Shown here: piece after piece, positions 24,746 through 38,040 of the stretch
Layout of the letters: every line of letters starts with the position of its first letter
Position numbering within the stretch: the stretch's first letter is position 1
Assembly (NCBI RefSeq): GCF_036588685.1
Contig: NC_086380.1
Coordinates: forward strand, 39,308,001-39,372,000
Length of the DNA: 64,000 bases
DNA from: Mytilus trossulus
Taxonomy: Eukaryota
Reading direction: 5' to 3'
Notes under the pieces: model-generated
Told to the model about the DNA's origin: nothing
What the model saw: only the letters and a program-made list of their open reading frames with translations
The model's database searches: none
Position numbers and translations under genes: made by a program

Positions 24746-25100
24746 TTAGTTATATCATATGTATACATTTATTTAGAGCGTTTCACTATTATATCTTTTT
24801 GTATTGTATGTTTTCTCATATTTTATGCCATCATGTCCTTTGTCAGTTTGCTATATTTTTCTGTTTGAACGGCCGGGTTGAAGTCACTTTAACCGTTCTA
24901 GAGATGTGTCCTTTTACAAACAAAAAAAACTGATGAATATTTTTGTTTCTGTTTCTTTAGTGTGCCTCAACTGAAACTTATACACAATGCTTAATACCAC
25001 AAACTATAGATTAAGTTTGAATTTTGCTCAAGAGTTATTCTTCTTTACAAATAGAAAAAAGGCTAAATTTTCCGTTTCCGTTCTCTAACTTAATATAAAA

Positions 25101-25440
25101 AAGAAGATGTGGTATGATTGCCAATGAGACAAATATCCACAACAGAAGTTTGCATAAACCAAATTTTATGAAACTTATACACAATACTAGATACCACAAA
25201 ATTCAGATCAAGTACTTTTGGTAGGATCACTTTTTCTGTACAAATAAAAAAGAAGATGCGATATGATTGCCAATGAGACAACTATCCACAACAGAAGCTT
25301 GCATAAACCAAATTTTATGAAACTTATACACAATACTAGATACCACAAAATTCAGATCAAGTACTTTTGGTAGGATCACTTTTTCTGTACAAATAAAAAA
25401 GAAGATGCGATATGATTGCCAATGAGACAACTCTCCACAA
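25101..25440 (+). repeat. 149-bp tandem duplication (2.3 units) of a chimeric repeat junction
   Basis: aagaagatg.g.tatgattgccaatgagacaa starts at 25101, 25250 and 25399. The units are nearly identical. Confidence 0.9.
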
Positions 25441-26519
25441 GAGACTAACATGACACAGAAATTAACAACCATTATAGTTCGCCGTACGGCCACCAACATT
25501 GAGCAGAGCACATACCGCATAGTCAGCTATAAAAGGCCCCGAAATGACAATGTAAAACATTTCAAAGAGAAAACTAACGGCCTTATTTCGTAAGATAAAT
25601 TCGTTACACGGTGTGCTTCGCTCTCACTCCATTATGGAATTTACTGACCCCATGTATATCGTATTAGGTCACTATCACACCATGTAACTAATAACTATCT
25701 GCATTTTTACATAATTTAACGGTATAAATTATATATATATTAGACGATATTTTCTTATAAATTTCCTTCCTTTACTTGATTAAAAAATGAATATAAGATT
25801 AATTTAAAAGTTTAAACATGAGGTGTGTGAAAACCTTTTAAAGCATACCAAAATCCTACTACATTTTGTATTTTTGTTTATCATTGTTAAAATTATTGCA
25901 CTAGTAAACGGCAATGAGAAATAATGTATGTTATGACATCTTATTAAGATAAGTTAATAATACCTTCGAGGTAGTTTGATATTTATCATAAGATACTCCT
26001 AAGAATGTCCTTTAATTTGATCTAATAAAATATCTTAATGAGACAAATCTTACGACGACACAATCGGAAATCGACAGAATATAAAGGCGGATAGTTTGGG
26101 GTAGGTGAAGCCGCTGCATATTCATTTGAATTTCTATCCTGAATAATATCATTATTTTGATACAATCAAATTTACATTAGCATCCTCTGCTTTCATATAA
26201 CTATTTGATGTCTAAATATAATATATAAAAATAATATTATAGTTTTTTTTATCGATTCTAGGTCAAATGCATTGATTTTCATAATATTTAGTTTGCAATA
26301 AACACAACATATACTTTCATTTATTGGGTTTCTTTTTATTTTAATTATACTGAGTGCCAATGAAAACGCAACACTTGGTTTTTCAAAAACAAAATTTATA
26401 CTAGAAATGATAATCTTTAAAAATAAACTAATCTTGAAAATTAGCTATTCTAACAATAGATCGATATCAAACAAAAACTGTTTCCTTGTCATCTTTCGTG
26501 AGCAATAAGTAAACGAAAC

Positions 26520-27561
26520 ATCCTATGTCGAATCATCAACTCACAGTCCTAGCACAAAATGTTACAGCCCCGTGGTGCAGTGCAATCCCCACAGCGCCGT
26601 GGAGTTGATTATTCCACTTGTCCCGCCAAGCAAACTCAAACTGACTTTATGATATTGGTGATGGTTTTCATCGTCTAAACCATGTTAAATCTGATGCAAA
26701 ATTTGCTCGATTGAACCATAATCCGGCGAAAAGAAGGACTTTTGAACATGGCGCGTGCCAAATGTCTATTTAACCAAAACTGATGTTTTTTTAGTACATA
26801 AAGAACGATTTTTGGTCTACAAAATTCGATGTTCACGCCAGATGGCCGATTAGATGTCACTAAGGAAAGACTGTGATGCTCTATAACAATTTCTGCGCAA
26901 ATGGTGCTTTACTGAAATTGCTCAAAAGGTTCTACCGTGACCACAGAGCCGTGGTGTAGTGGTTAGTGCATCGGACTACTAACACAAAGGTTCCTGGTTC
27001 GATTCCCGTTCGGGATGAAAATTTCAGGCACTAAATTTTCGGCTCTCCCTTGACACCATTTGCGAGTATGTTATTAAGGAAACGATGATAGTCCGTCGGA
27101 AGGGGACGATAAATGGTTGACCCGTGTTAAGAGAGAGCCATATCTCTTGCACGTTAAAGACACCATTGTAGATTTCGAAAAAGAGTAGGCTAATGCCGCT
27201 ACAAGGCAGCACTCGCACCCGCAAAGTGGAAAGGGATTAATATAAGTTGCAAAACTTGTTTCCCAATCCACTCTAAATAAATATGTTTAACTTAAACTAC
27301 CGTGACCACCATTGAACTCTCGTGACCTTTGAACAGCCATCAGAGTCGATGTCGGATATGTTAAAGACCAAATGTATCGATCTTGCTGAGCGTTTCTTGC
27401 TTTTTGTATCCCGGAATTTGGTTTATCATTAAATGATTCATTTTGATTGAATTTGTGGATGATTTGGGTGATTGTAGAGGCTACAAATTCAATCTTCTCG
27501 TAATTGTATACTGTAAAAGGCCCAAAACTGCATGTCGCTGGTTGTCAGAAAGTCCTGGCAT
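26520..27561 (-). pseudogene. Tc1 transposase pseudogene (internally deleted, SINE-interrupted)
   Basis: MPGLSDNQRHAVLGLLQ..STITQIIHKFNQNESFNDKPNSG..QQDRYI (HTH region) and SPDYGSIEQI (compare Tc1 SPDLNPIE). Confidence 0.75.
26945..27296 (+). mobile_element. Full-length tRNA-derived SINE with a Deu/Nin-like central domain
   Basis: A box tggtgtagtgg and B box ggttcgattcc. Central gtccgtcggaaggggacgataaa..gcacgttaaagac..tttcgaaaaagagtagg. 13-bp TSD ctaccgtgaccac at 26932-26944 and 27297-27309. Confidence 0.9.
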
Positions 27562-29393
27562 TTACTCAGATGATTATTGCTGTTTGTTAACAATAAGGGC
27601 GGGAAAATTCATGACATTAGCCAACTTGAAGCTTTAAATGGATGTCTACGAGAAAACCATGCAAAATCAAAAAAAAATTATGAAAGGGGTTGTGGAGTTT
27701 TCGGCTGATTTTGGGTTCTTAGTAAAGTATTAAGTACATCTAATAGTTCTATGTATAAAAATTGACAATTTATTTCAAAATATGTGAATACAGGGCAATT
27801 CTATTAAAGTACCAAATTTGCTGAAAAATGTTGTTGAAAATGGACATTTTTGGTTTTTTTTTATTGAATAGTTCAAAGTATTATATGACAAAAAAAAACA
27901 GTTTTACCTTAAAATTCAGACTTTCTACTAAAATAAACTGTAATTTTGATCTTATTTCAACCTTTATTTTTGTTTTTATTTTTATTGACATAAATGTGTT
28001 TTTCTAGAATTTGAATCCAGCCTGTACTGAAAATGTCCATAAAACCTCAAAAGTCACTCAAATTGAAACAATATTTTGTTAAACGTTATGGTTCACTACA
28101 AACTACTATTCCTTAACGGGATTTTCGTTGCAAATTGATATAAGCTTATTCAAATAAATGATGAAAAACTGAAAAATATACCTAAAATTATCTCCCTTTG
28201 TAAAACTCTTCACAATAAAAGGTAGATTTATTGTCAATAACAGAAGGAGGGAAATCAACAAATGTGCAAAAGGATAGAAAATAATGGTATTTTTGATGAA
28301 CATAGTGTGGCCAAAAACTTATTTTCATCGAAAGAGAACAAAAACATAGTAAACCATGTGGCCAAGACTTTCCAACTGCCATTTGGATAAGTCTGATCCT
28401 GATCAGATAGTCTAGACATGACATGAGGCTAGACTCACTATCATGTCTAGGTTTCAGACTCACATAACATAATTTTAAATGCATATGCTGCAAACATGGA
28501 CAGGAGTTGGATTGCAGTGGACAAGAAGACAAAATGAGTTGCTGCCATCCTTTCATGACCCTTGCAAATCTAGCAATGAAAATTCGTAGGCAAAACTTTC
28601 AGTTTCATTTGGTTCTGGTAAGTTTGTTATTTATTTCTTTTGGTTAGAAAAATCAATTTGACACCATACAAAGACCTACTTTAGAAACATCACATCAACT
28701 CATAAATATAGGAAGAAGAGCATTGACCATTTGTCTTTGGGAGAAAAAGGGGGGGGGGTGTATTTACATAATTTTCTGGAAGCAAACACTGATTTAATTT
28801 TCATTGACATACATTTATAATGATTTAGAATTCTTCTGAAATTTATAATAATCATGATAAAAGATATTCGATTACAAAGTTCGCCCTGAGTTTGTTTTCA
28901 AAATTGTCAATAAGAGTCCGTTGACTCAGGTTATTTTCTCCTAATTCAAAATTGATGGTTGCTTCAAATCCCTGTTTTTAAATATAACCCATTGAAATAG
29001 TAATCATTCAGTAGATAGATATAGGAAGATGTGGTATGAGTGCCTACGTGTATTCATCCAAATAACAATTTATAAAAGTAAACCATTATAGGTCAATGTA
29101 CGGCCTTCAATACAGAGCCTTGCCTCACACGGAACAACAAGCTATAAAAATGATAAAGGACCCCAAAATTACTAGTGTAAAACCCTTTGAACAGGAAAAC
29201 CAATGGTCTAAAAAGGAATAACAAGAAACACGTAAAAATTAATGTACATAAACATAACGAAACTACTGTACATTTAGGCCAACTAAAAAGTATGTGTGTT
29301 AACCGCACTACCCTTACCTACCATTATTTTTATCCCTTACCTAAAGATTTTTGTAAGGTTAGGTTTTGATAAAACACTGTTCAAGTCACAATA

Positions 29394-29521
29394 TAGCTGC
29401 GGTATCGTAGCTCTTTAGGTCCTTTTGTTATTTTTTGACTTTTTGCGGACCATATAGATCTATGGTCAGCAAAAAGTCAAAAAATAACAAAAGGACCTAA
29501 AGAGCTACGATACCGCAGCTA
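29394..29521. mobile_element. 128-bp fold-back MITE with a 9-bp TSD
   Basis: 61-bp arms with one mismatch and a 6-nt centre. gtcacaata at 29385-29393 and 29522-29530. Termini TAG..CTA. Confidence 0.9.
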
Positions 29522-31263
29522 GTCACAATATAGCTCCCGAAGAGTTGTGAATTTCCTGTCTTTATTCATTCCTTTACCGATACTACATTGTACAATGCAA
29601 CTAGATTGATTCAATATATGGTTCTCAAACTCAAAAACATGTTTTATAGACTATGAGCTTGTTTTTTTCTCTCTAAATATTTGTTACTGTGAATCTTTTT
29701 CTTTATATTTCCGAAGTGAAGGTCATGTATCTCAGTTATAAACATGGGAAAAGAACTTGTACATGTAATTACTTCTATCAGTTAATAAAATAGAATCAGA
29801 ATAGAATATGCTTACAAACTAATCCAAATTAAAGGGCACAGAACAGGCAACATGAGATTATAACATTACAGATTACTCAGATAAAACAAATTCTAAATGA
29901 CAATACTGAAGAAATGAATTACTTGATAGTGTGATTGATATCGTAGCATTTATGACATTTACACAGATTAATTATCATATCTACCAAACTTTTTTTTTCA
30001 ATGATCCAATGCATTATTTTATAAAGCCAACTCAATTTACAATGTACATATACATGTAGATGTAACTCACTGTACTGATCATGCAAATGCACAAATATAC
30101 AATATTTTATTTCTTATCAACAGGTTAATGTTGAAGATGGAAAAGCACAAAAAAAATATAAAAATGAAAGCAGATACATGTATGATAGGAGATCATATAG
30201 GTAAATATATGATATAATTGATAAAAAAATGAATCAAACAAGTCATAACAAGAGACTACTAAATAGACAGCAAATATGACCTGTGTTATGGCATTATTTG
30301 TGAAATATAATCATATATAGAAATTGGAAATTGACCAGTTACATTTATTATTGTAAAAACATGATAAATGTTCAGAAATTAGATTAATCCTTCAATTTTA
30401 AAAGTTGAATCTGGTAAACAAAAAGTAAAAATAACACACAGAACACTCAAATTCTTATTTTATGATCAATTAAGGCATGTAAGGGCCATATCAGTACAAT
30501 TTACTCAACAAAATTTTCATTACTCATCATATTGAAATTGTTTTCTTTATTAGAATTAAACCTAGAAAAAAATATATATGTTCTTGTCAGCTTGACAGAT
30601 CCTCATTGATAATATACATGCATACATTTGTATATTGTAAACTTGAAGACTACATTTGCATTTTTCATTTTTGAAAAAGCACTTTAAGCATTATTACAGC
30701 TATTTTCCTACTGCATGTAGAGTAAAACTTTGGAAGGTTTGCTTGCTCCGTTGTATATATATTAATTCAAGCTTTGTAATTAATGTTGATATCTTCTTGT
30801 AGAGTACTTTTAAATTTGATTAGACGTTATGCCAATTGTAATTGTACAATATACAAACAAACCATGCAAGCTAACCAAAGTCTTAGATTTACATGCCTTT
30901 GGAATTTAGCTGTAAAATTAATTATATATTTGTTTTCAATGCTTATTGTTTTACAAATTTCAAATGTTTTGGCTTGTTTTTAAATGATCCATATCAGCTA
31001 TAGGGTCAAAAGCGTCTAAAGTTAAACTTTAAGTATGTTTTACTTGTGTCTGATGCTTTTTTGCTTTGAGCAAATAAAATATGTTTAAATCTAAATAAAG
31101 TTAAACTTGATTTGGTAAAAGAATGGAATAATTGGTGTTCTTTGATATTATGCAAAATTAAACAGTGCATTGTAGTCATATTTTTCTAATTTCGGGCATG
31201 TCTTAAAAGCTTTAAATTGAACCACATCAAGGTATAAGGGATTCAGAACTAAACTTAGTTTGA

Positions 31264-31990
31264 TTTTTTTGTCGAGCCTGCACCTTTTGTTGCAGAAAGC
31301 TTGACATAGGGAAAGTGATCCGTCGTCAGCGTTAGCTAACTTCTTAAAAGCTTTATATTTTAGAAGGTAGAAGACCTGGATGCTTCATACTTTGTATATA
31401 AATGCCTCATGTTACGAACTTTCCATCGGTCACATGTCCAATGTCCTTGACCTCATTTTCATGGTTCAGAGACCACTTGAAAAAAAAGTTAAGAATTTTT
31501 GTAATGTTTACTTCTCTCTTATCATAAGTAATTGGATAACTATATTTGGTATGTGCGTACCTTGCAAGGTACTCATGCCCATCATACAGTTTTCACTTGA
31601 CCTCAACCTCATTTCATGGTCAGTGAACAAGGTTAAGTTTTGGTGGTCAAGTCCATATCTGAGATACTATAAGCAATAGGGCTAGTATATTCAGTGTATG
31701 GAAGGACTGTAAGGTGTATATGTCCAACTGGCAGGTGTCATCTGACCTTGACCTTATTTTCATGGTTTAGTGGTTATAGTTAAGTTTTTGTGTTTTGGTC
31801 TGTTTTTCTTATACTATATGCAATAGGTCTACTATATTTGTTGTATGGAATGATTGTAAGGTGTACATGTCTAGCTGACAGGTGTCATCTGACCTTGACC
31901 TCATTTTTATGATTCAGTGGTCAAAGTTAAGTTTGTGAGTTATGGTCTATTTTGGCTAATACTTTATGCATTAGTCAACTATATTTGGTA
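31264..31990 (+). mobile_element. Helentron/HINE-like element (5' part) with ~145-bp tandem cores
   Basis: T-rich start and a gtcgagc..gcttgac inverted pair. Repeated (tga)ccttgacctcattttcatgg at ~31445, 31597, 31745 and 31892. Confidence 0.75.
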
Positions 31991-34900
31991 TACAAACACC
32001 ACCAACCTCATTAAGGTGCAATCTCTGCGTTGTAATAGAATGTACTTGAGCTGTTTAAATCTCATTGTTGAAGGTTGTACAGGGGACTTACATTCATTTC
32101 ATTTGATCTTTTGTGGATATTTGTCTCATTTGTAATCAATACTCATCTCCCTATTTTTGTGTTTTCATAATGTCATTAATTAAATACAAGATGAAATCTG
32201 CAAATTTAACTTCATTAAAATTAAGTTTGCTGCAGCTTTTTAGCTAGTTTACTTTATTTCTTATTCTATGTACTGGAATGTCAGAGTTGTGATAATCGAA
32301 ACACATTTACACTAATATAAGACCAACATGACCAAGTTAATAATTAATTTCTTTTTTAGGAAATTTCAATCATTTAATGGATAACAATTGTTTTCTTATT
32401 TTTTTCTACAGACATTTGGTGATCCAAAAATAACTGGAGTTCATGAAACAAGACTGATTGCTGGGACACATTTTTGTTGATAAACATGTTAATGATGAAG
32501 AAACACTTGGATAGTATTACGGATACTTGAATAAGGCTCTGATCTGTCTTTGATTTTTCCTGTTGGTGTTAAAAAATTGCAAGCTCAAATAAAAATAAAT
32601 TGAAATGGAACTCATGGATATGCTTTGAAAAAAGAAATAAACAGCAATGTGAATCTCGCCGAAGTCTTACCAACAACCAAGTCAACACACAGTTGCAACA
32701 CAAATGAGAAGAGAGAGACATTTGCAAGGACTTAGAGTGTTCTCACTGTCTCACCATTAGAATGGCTTTCTCATCAGCAAAGAAGAAGTCTAAAAATTAC
32801 TTCTGCATTAAAAGGTCATCAATATTGAAGACAATCAAGAAGATTACGGTTGTACTTGGCCATTTGATAAACATTATAAAATTTTCATTTGTCAGAAATT
32901 GTTACTTAGATTGACTAACTAGTTTTATTGATTGAATTGTTAGTAAATTACCTTTCGTAGTTCATGTAGTTACATGTATGTAAATCTTTATCAGATAGTA
33001 TGGAAATAATTTAATACGTCCCTAAATTCCATACCTAATGCAACAATTGTCTTGTGCTGCTAAGTCAATTTGAATTAACTTTTATGTATGTTTATAGTAA
33101 TCTTATTCTTGCATTTAAGCATCATTTTGTGTTATTGTATCATCTACATTGATTGTTAAATATAATACTAATGCTATAAATAAAATAACATTTCTGATCA
33201 TTTAAACAGATTGAAATATTTATAAATGTATCAATGCTAAAATGAATTCAGACATTTTTCGAGGAGAATTTAAGACAGTACTACAACAAAAGCAAACGAA
33301 TAGTATATGCTCAACTGCAATATTAACTTTCTCACCAGATAACCTAATAGAGATATATTTGTATTTTATTAAATTGATGAAGCGTATGTTAGTTTAAATA
33401 AATATGTACATGCAATTTTAAGGTTTTTAAAAAACGACATTTTTATTGGATTATCTCCCTTTGTACAATAGAAATTCAGATTTTATCATCACTGTCTCAG
33501 GTACTCATGATCAAAATGACTTATATTGTTACCAGCATGCAAGTAAAAGGTTGCAACTGTCTTATCTTTGTTTACCTGTAGAACACATATTCTGAATGTC
33601 AATACTTAAGATTTTTCAATATGATGAACTTGACATTAAATTTCATATCATTTTTGAGTAACCAGAATAAAACTTTAGTAATTAGCAAGCTGCAATAACC
33701 AAAATAGGATTACTTGAAAGAAATGAAAGGATTTTACTCTTTAAAGTAATAAGGACAAGTGTACTGAAGGAATTTGGAATAAAAAAAATACCAAAAAAAA
33801 TTTGTCTTTGGCAGCTCCCCCCGTTTTTAAGCCTGATGCTTACTATTGTTTGTGACACAAAAATCCATTTCACTTTGAATTTTCTATTTGAATTACCTAT
33901 TTTGCATAATACAATCAGTATAATTCAAGTATTTATTTTTGAATGCTTGGTTTAATTGAAATATGAGACTTTCCTCAATTTATTGCGAAAATACCCAAAA
34001 AAAAGGGGGGAGGCCATCTAAATGATCAATAAAATCTATAAAATTAATTTGCAACCGAAATCCCTTCAAAATATTTTGAACCAAAGAAAATGCAATGTAT
34101 GTCTGAAATTTAGGGTAAATTAAAGCGACTTTTGGGCTGTAGTGTCTATTTTAGTGTAATTTGATGAAAAGGCCATATTTTTTATCACTTTATGTGTTTT
34201 GCCACGCCCTTATTTTCTATATATATCATTATGTTTAATAAAATTATGTGATTTATACTTCATACACATCCTATCTGTGCTATTAAAGTATTTAAACACT
34301 CAGAAGTATTATAGTATTTATTTCTATTTGAGAAATCTATGAAATCTATGCATTTCAGTAAATGCATCTATAAATAAACTGGGAAATATCCTAAATCCCT
34401 ATCGTAACCATGGTTACCAGCAGTGTAAGGGCTTCAAACTTGCATGACTTTCATATAAGGTCAATCTGAACATGTTAGCAAAGTATTATCAAAATCAAAC
34501 AACTTTGCATGGAGCACCATCTGCATGGTTTTCTCATAGATGTCCATTTAAATGACAAAATCGTGAAAATGGTGGGTATGTTGAAAAGCGGTGAACTCGG
34601 TGTATGACCGTTTAAAATAACCCTTACCTTGCATTTGTTCCAAAAATCACCCAACCGTAAAATTGTCGACAATTGTCTTAAAAGTCTTTTTCAACCAACT
34701 ATACAAAGTTCTGATATAGATAAAATAGAAATTATAAGATTTTTTTGAAAAACAAAAGTGTTGCGTTTTCATTGGCACTCAGTATATTTATTCATTTAAA
34801 TAATTTCCATATTTCTAATGTACTTGAGGAGTCTGTTTATAGATTATGTCAGGTAAAAACAAACGGTGAACTTAGTCTATGCCAACATTTAAAAATTTAA

Positions 34901-35365
34901 AGTTTGAAATATTTATTATTAATAATACAAAGTAGTAACTATGTTGACATATATTTGATGTCTATGCAAATATTCAAAGTTGTATATAAACATCACTTTA
35001 TTATTAAAACAAAATTCAGTCTGTTTAATATTCAAATGTATTGGAATAAGCGTTGAATAAAATTTGATTTAACACTTTGATAACTAGCCATAGTCCCTTT
35101 CTTCTTTTAGCAATAAGTGATAAGGTACACTCATATTGTCATGCATTTTTACCGATTTGTCAATTATTGAAACGAAAGGAGTAATATCTGTATTTATATA
35201 CTACAATTTCATATACTTAACATACATGTATATGTAAACAGAAAGCATAACTTTTAACACTGTGCAGGACAAATTTGCAATTCCTGAAGTAGCAAATCTG
35301 ACTTTGTCGGTTTACAAGATATCAAAAATATTTTTTGCTCAAGTGATAGATAATAACAGATTATT

Positions 35366-35490
35366 ACATGGCATTTTTCATATCGCATGTATTATCAGCC
35401 CTATGTTCAATATCAGCCCAAGAGCCGCATGGCTCTTGTGCTGATATTGACCGAGGGATGATAATACATGCGATATGAAAAATGACATGT
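35366..35490. repeat. Long imperfect palindrome heading a nested ~660-bp element (to ~36012)
   Basis: ~60-bp arms around caagagcc-gcat-ggctcttg. Confidence 0.85.
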
Positions 35491-36304
35491 TATGATCTTT
35501 TTATCATATGCTTCAACAATGGAGAAAAATCAGAGATTCATATATAGATCCTTTTATGTGGTTCCCAAATAGAAGTTTAAAGATTAAAAAGTTCGCAGAT
35601 TTCGGACCCCAAATTTGGTACATTCGGTATGAAACCTTTTTTTTTATCATATGCTTCAACAGAAAAGAAAAACATTTTAATATGGACGAATTTGATTGGG
35701 GTTTTTTTTCTTCATTATTTTACAAAATATACTTTCAAGTATCCTAATGATTGTATTGAACCCTTCTTTGTAAAGGTTTTTCAATGAAAACGTAGCATTG
35801 TGGTGTATTTTCCGGAATTTGCCGAGTATTACCGGAATGCCATGCGATAACGTTACGGAAAGGCATGTGATACATGTAACACTCGAAGCATGTGATAAAC
35901 TTTTCATATCAGCCCGCTAAGCACCAATTCGAAAAATATGTAATTTACGTTAACTCAATGCTATCATCATACAGTAAAAATCATATGTTATTTAGTCTAA
36001 GTATATGATAATAAAAAAAAATCCCAATGAAATGTCCCAACATGTCACCGTTATCACTGTTGTCACCACAGCTGATTAAAAGTACATTTCTCATATGAAT
36101 TTTCGAAGTTCCTATGGGGGAAAGAAAACGAAAAACACGTATAAATTACATCAACAAACAACCTTAAAAGTTTATTTAATCCCTTAACTTGACGATCAGC
36201 ATGGTTAAAGAAATTATTGCCAGAAGCAGTGAGTTGACACATCCGGGTATTCAAGCTATTTCCTGTCGAGCTTAAGAACTCTTACTACTACACACAATGC
36301 AGGT

Positions 36305-36840
36305 TGAATGTAGGACAGAAAGTCACAGGACAAAATGTCACAGACAAAAAGTCACGGACAAAAAGTCACGGACAAAAAGTCACAGGACAAAAAGTCACAA
36401 TTCAGTTTTTAGAGTATTTTTCTTTAAACAAGAAAAAAATAATTTTAAAAACAAAGTATTTGTTTTTTTTCTTGAACTCCTATATATAAAGCAACTTTGT
36501 AATTAAAATTTATTCAATAAATTTCAATGATGAACAAATAATTGTTCTGAAAACAAAATGTCAAAGTGACTTTGTACTTAAAAGGCTTCATGGTGCCAAG
36601 AAATGTCCCCTTTGCGTGATTAAAATTTGATAACTTTTCATTTAACAAAGCTTATGAACAATGTCCTACACTTAAAAATGAATAAATGTTATAAAAAGAA
36701 AATATTTCAAGATCTTTCTCTTATATATTCAAACAATTGTCAAAAAAAATAATTGTGACTTTTTGTCCTGTGACTTTTTGTCCTATCAAATTTGTGACTT
36801 TATGTCCTGTGACTTTTTGTCCTGTTACTTTCTGTTCGTT
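36305..36840. mobile_element. MITE with inverted arrays of GGACAAAAAGTCAC(A)
   Basis: Six direct copies at 36313-36399 and five inverted copies at 36755-36837. Confidence 0.85.
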
Positions 36841-38040
36841 TATCTGCAGGAATGTGCAGGTTTACGCACCGCAACGCTTGCTGAACAGTGTACGATCGGA
36901 CGGTAATTTGGATCTTTATTAAAAAAAATATCTGTTATAATGTACATCATGTGTTCTTTGATATACCATATATTACTAAACTCATACGTGTAGTCAATTT
37001 TATATACATCCTGTTGTTTATAAAATACATTTCTGATTTTTTTGATTTTTTTTTTAAACAAAAACCGCCAGAACAGATCTGATTTTATCCCAGTATCCGT
37101 ACATTTTTTGTATATGCATAATGGTACCTAAGTTATGATTTGATCCAAACAGACGGATTTTCATACAGTAACTTTATACAACAATGGGATATTGTTTTAT
37201 GCATACATGTCCAGATCTAGAATGGGGTGACAATAGTGACAACGGTGACATTTCTGGACATATGGGGAAATTTCATTTCTTTTTTATAATCTATCGCTTG
37301 GGCTAACAAATATTTTTGATATCTTGTAAACCGGCAAAGTCCGATTTGCCAATTCTGGAATTGCAAATTTTTCCTGCACAGTGTTTTTTTTATCTACTAA
37401 GTCCGTCCAAGGATTTGTATCCTTGGTCCGTCACAGTACAAATGTACTTAACATTAGATACTATCAAGTCCAATTAGTTTTTACCGGGGTAGTTTAAACT
37501 CAGTGAAATATGGTCCAAACATGCATATTATCAATAATTGATCATTGAAATGCATGGGTCATAAAACCTTATGGTAATAATAAAATTATAGGTGTTGGCT
37601 ATTAAATACTTAACGTCAAATCTTATCTTTATTTATATTAATTGGATGTCCCTCAACTATTCAACTTAAGTTAAAGGTTATACATTTGTTCTTCACAATA
37701 AAATGTGCGCCGGTTGTACATGTATCAACCGGATGAAGGAAAAAGTAGTTGGAATAGGAATTATGTGCTTCATTATTTGTTCACTTTTTCTGTACCGAAA
37801 TGAATTCCAAGGTAACAGAAAATTAACAACACACACATAAAGTGTAAAAGAATTAATATACACAATTAATTTCATAGCACTAGTTTAGATATTTAAGGTT
37901 AAAGTTTACTAGATTTTAAATTGCTTGACATTATTTTTTCGAATTTATATATTTAAACATGCGTAAACATTTTCAAAATTTTACATATATATTACTTTTT
38001 AATCACATGTAATTAGAAAGATATCTAAAGTTTTGCTTTA

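Larger units (their letters stand above)
27638..34547. mobile_element. 6.9-kb DNA transposon with 26-bp TIRs and TTAA TSD, containing decayed spliced exons
   Basis: TTAA|atggatgtctacgagaaaaccatgca ... tgcatggttttctcatagatgtccat|TTAA (23/26 match). Confidence 0.8.
26348..34784 (-). mobile_element. Tc1/mariner element expanded by nested insertions
   Basis: 29-bp perfect TIR tactgagtgccaatgaaaacgcaacactt at both ends, flanked by TA. Transposase remnant on the minus strand. Confidence 0.9.
35258..37383. mobile_element. CACT-terminated (EnSpm/CMC-like) non-autonomous element with long TIRs and two nested inserts
   Basis: cactgtgcagga.aaatttgcaattcc..ggtttacaagatatcaaaaata is mirrored at 37311-37383. 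The TIR resumes at ~36030 versus ~37225-37260. No clear TSD. Confidence 0.75.

Noticed and set aside
26945-27015. tRNA gene
   Set aside because: It has A and B boxes but no proper acceptor stem or terminator. It is the head of a TSD-flanked SINE.
34404-34417. Perfect X-box palindrome GTAACCATGGTTAC
   Set aside because: It lies within a transposon end, far from any supported promoter.
36313-36399. CRISPR-like repeat arrays (also 19405-19578, 44139-44233, 45010-45210)
   Set aside because: There are no unique spacers or cas genes and the context is eukaryotic. These are MITE subterminal repeats or a minisatellite.
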